Below are positions 63,117-64,000 of a stretch of 64,000 bases of DNA, piece by piece. The position numbers and the translations under genes are program-made. Positions within the stretch are counted from its first letter, which is position 1, and every line of letters begins with the position of its first letter. The stretch is from Myxococcota bacterium. Lineage in GTDB: Bacteria > Myxococcota_A > UBA9042 > PHBI01 > JAWLBL01. The notes beneath the pieces are model-generated. The model saw only the letters and a list, made by a program, of their open reading frames with translations. It did no database searches and was not told the DNA's origin. The DNA lies in contig JAWLBL010000007.1 of NCBI GenBank assembly GCA_041687695.1, positions 192,001 through 256,000 of the forward strand. The letters are read 5' to 3'.

Positions 63117-63827
63117 TCAGACGACCCACTCGCCGCCCGCGCCGGGAGGACGGCGGGGGCTGGGCTCGGGCGCCTGGCCGTCGCCGCGGGTGGCCTCGAG
63201 CAGGGCGATGACCTCTTCGTCCTCGGTCTGGGGGAAGCGGTCGTACCACTGGCTGATGGCCATGAAGGCGCTGGGCTCGGCGACCGCGACCAGCTCGTCG
63301 ACCTCGCCGCGCAGGATCTCGAGGGTGCTCGCCGGGCCGACCGGGACCGCCAGCACCAGATGGTCGGGGCCCTGGGCCCGCAGGCTGCGGATGGCGGCGC
63401 GCACGGTGCCGCCGGTCGCGACGCCGTCGTCCACCAGGATGACCACTCGTCCGACCACGTCGGGGCGCGGACGGTCGCCGCGGTAGCGCTCCACCCGGCG
63501 GGCCAGCTCGCGCTCTTCGCGCGCGGTCACCTGCTCCAGGTAGGCGTCGTCGCCGCCCGCGTAGCGCAGCGACACCGGGTCGACGTAGCGGCCGCCGCCC
63601 TCGGCGATGGCGCCGATGCCGAACTCGGGCTGATAGGGCGCGCCCAGCTTTCGCGCCACGATGACGTCCAGCGGCGCCCCCAGGGCGCGCGCCACCTCGT
63701 AGCCGACCGGCACGCCGCCACGCGGCAGGGCCAGGACCACGACGTCCCGTCCGCGGTAGCCTTGCAGCCGCTCGGCGAGCAGGCGTCCGGCCTCGCGTCG
63801 ATCCGCAAAACCCGTAAAGCGCGTCAT
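63117..63827 (-). CDS. Phosphoribosyltransferase family protein
   Basis: F.DRREAG, LPRGGVPV, RKLGAP, LVDDGVATG, AVPV. Confidence 0.92.
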   Translation of the reverse strand: MTRFTGFADRREAGRLLAERLQGYRGRDVVVLALPRGGVPVGYEVARALGAPLDVIVARKLGAPYQPEFGIGAIAEGGGRYVDPVSLRYAGGDDAYLEQVTAREERELARRVERYRGDRPRPDVVGRVVILVDDGVATGGTVRAAIRSLRAQGPDHLVLAVPVGPASTLEILRGEVDELVAVAEPSAFMAISQWYDRFPQTEDEEVIALLEATRGDGQAPEPSPRRPPGAGGEWVV

Positions 63828-63916
63828 GCCGCACCTCCCCAGGCCTCCCCTCGGGGCCTCACTCGCCAAGGGTAAGGGCGAGCGACGCGCGGACACCGGG
63901 GGCCGGCGCCTGCCGG

Positions 63917-64000
63917 TCAGTCCCAGGCCGCCTCGAGGCGGCCGTCGTCGCGCAGGGCGACGCTGACGCCGAAGGGGCGGCTGTGGGTGCTGAGCGTCTC
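63917..64000 (-). CDS. 3' end of a gene truncated by the window edge
   Basis: Open frame ETLSTHSRPFGVSVALRDDGRLEAAWD-stop with GC3-biased codons. Confidence 0.45.
   Translation of the reverse strand, partial: ETLSTHSRPFGVSVALRDDGRLEAAWD

Overview
Very GC-rich bacterial chromosomal window; gene content (FHA-GAF sigma54 activator beside a Ser/Thr kinase, thrombospondin-3 lipoprotein, split nuo cluster) suggests Myxococcota, which is an inference. It is mostly core genome: ABC-F ATPase, hemL, nuoA-C-D-G-H-I, trxB, aspS, citrate synthase, L,D-transpeptidase, radical SAM, ligA, folC, tmRNA, four tRNAs and a CzcCBA-like efflux locus with a two-component system. Accessory or unexplained elements: (1) a ~0.9 kb non-coding element after nuoI, made of ~150-bp inverted arms whose stems show compensatory substitutions and which enclose a palindromic 38-bp-period array; (2) a 2.3-kb integrase-less island at tRNA-Val(CAC), bounded by a 31-bp att duplication and carrying only an ATPase and an HNH nuclease (PtuAB/Septu-like); (3) a divergent MNT-like/HEPN-like gene pair; (4) a 44-bp palindromic tandem array; (5) several proteins with missing catalytic or binding residues (HEAT-hydrolase, hybrid histidine kinase, COG0523 GTPase, FHA domain). 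All calls come from motif recognition by eye; no database searches were run.
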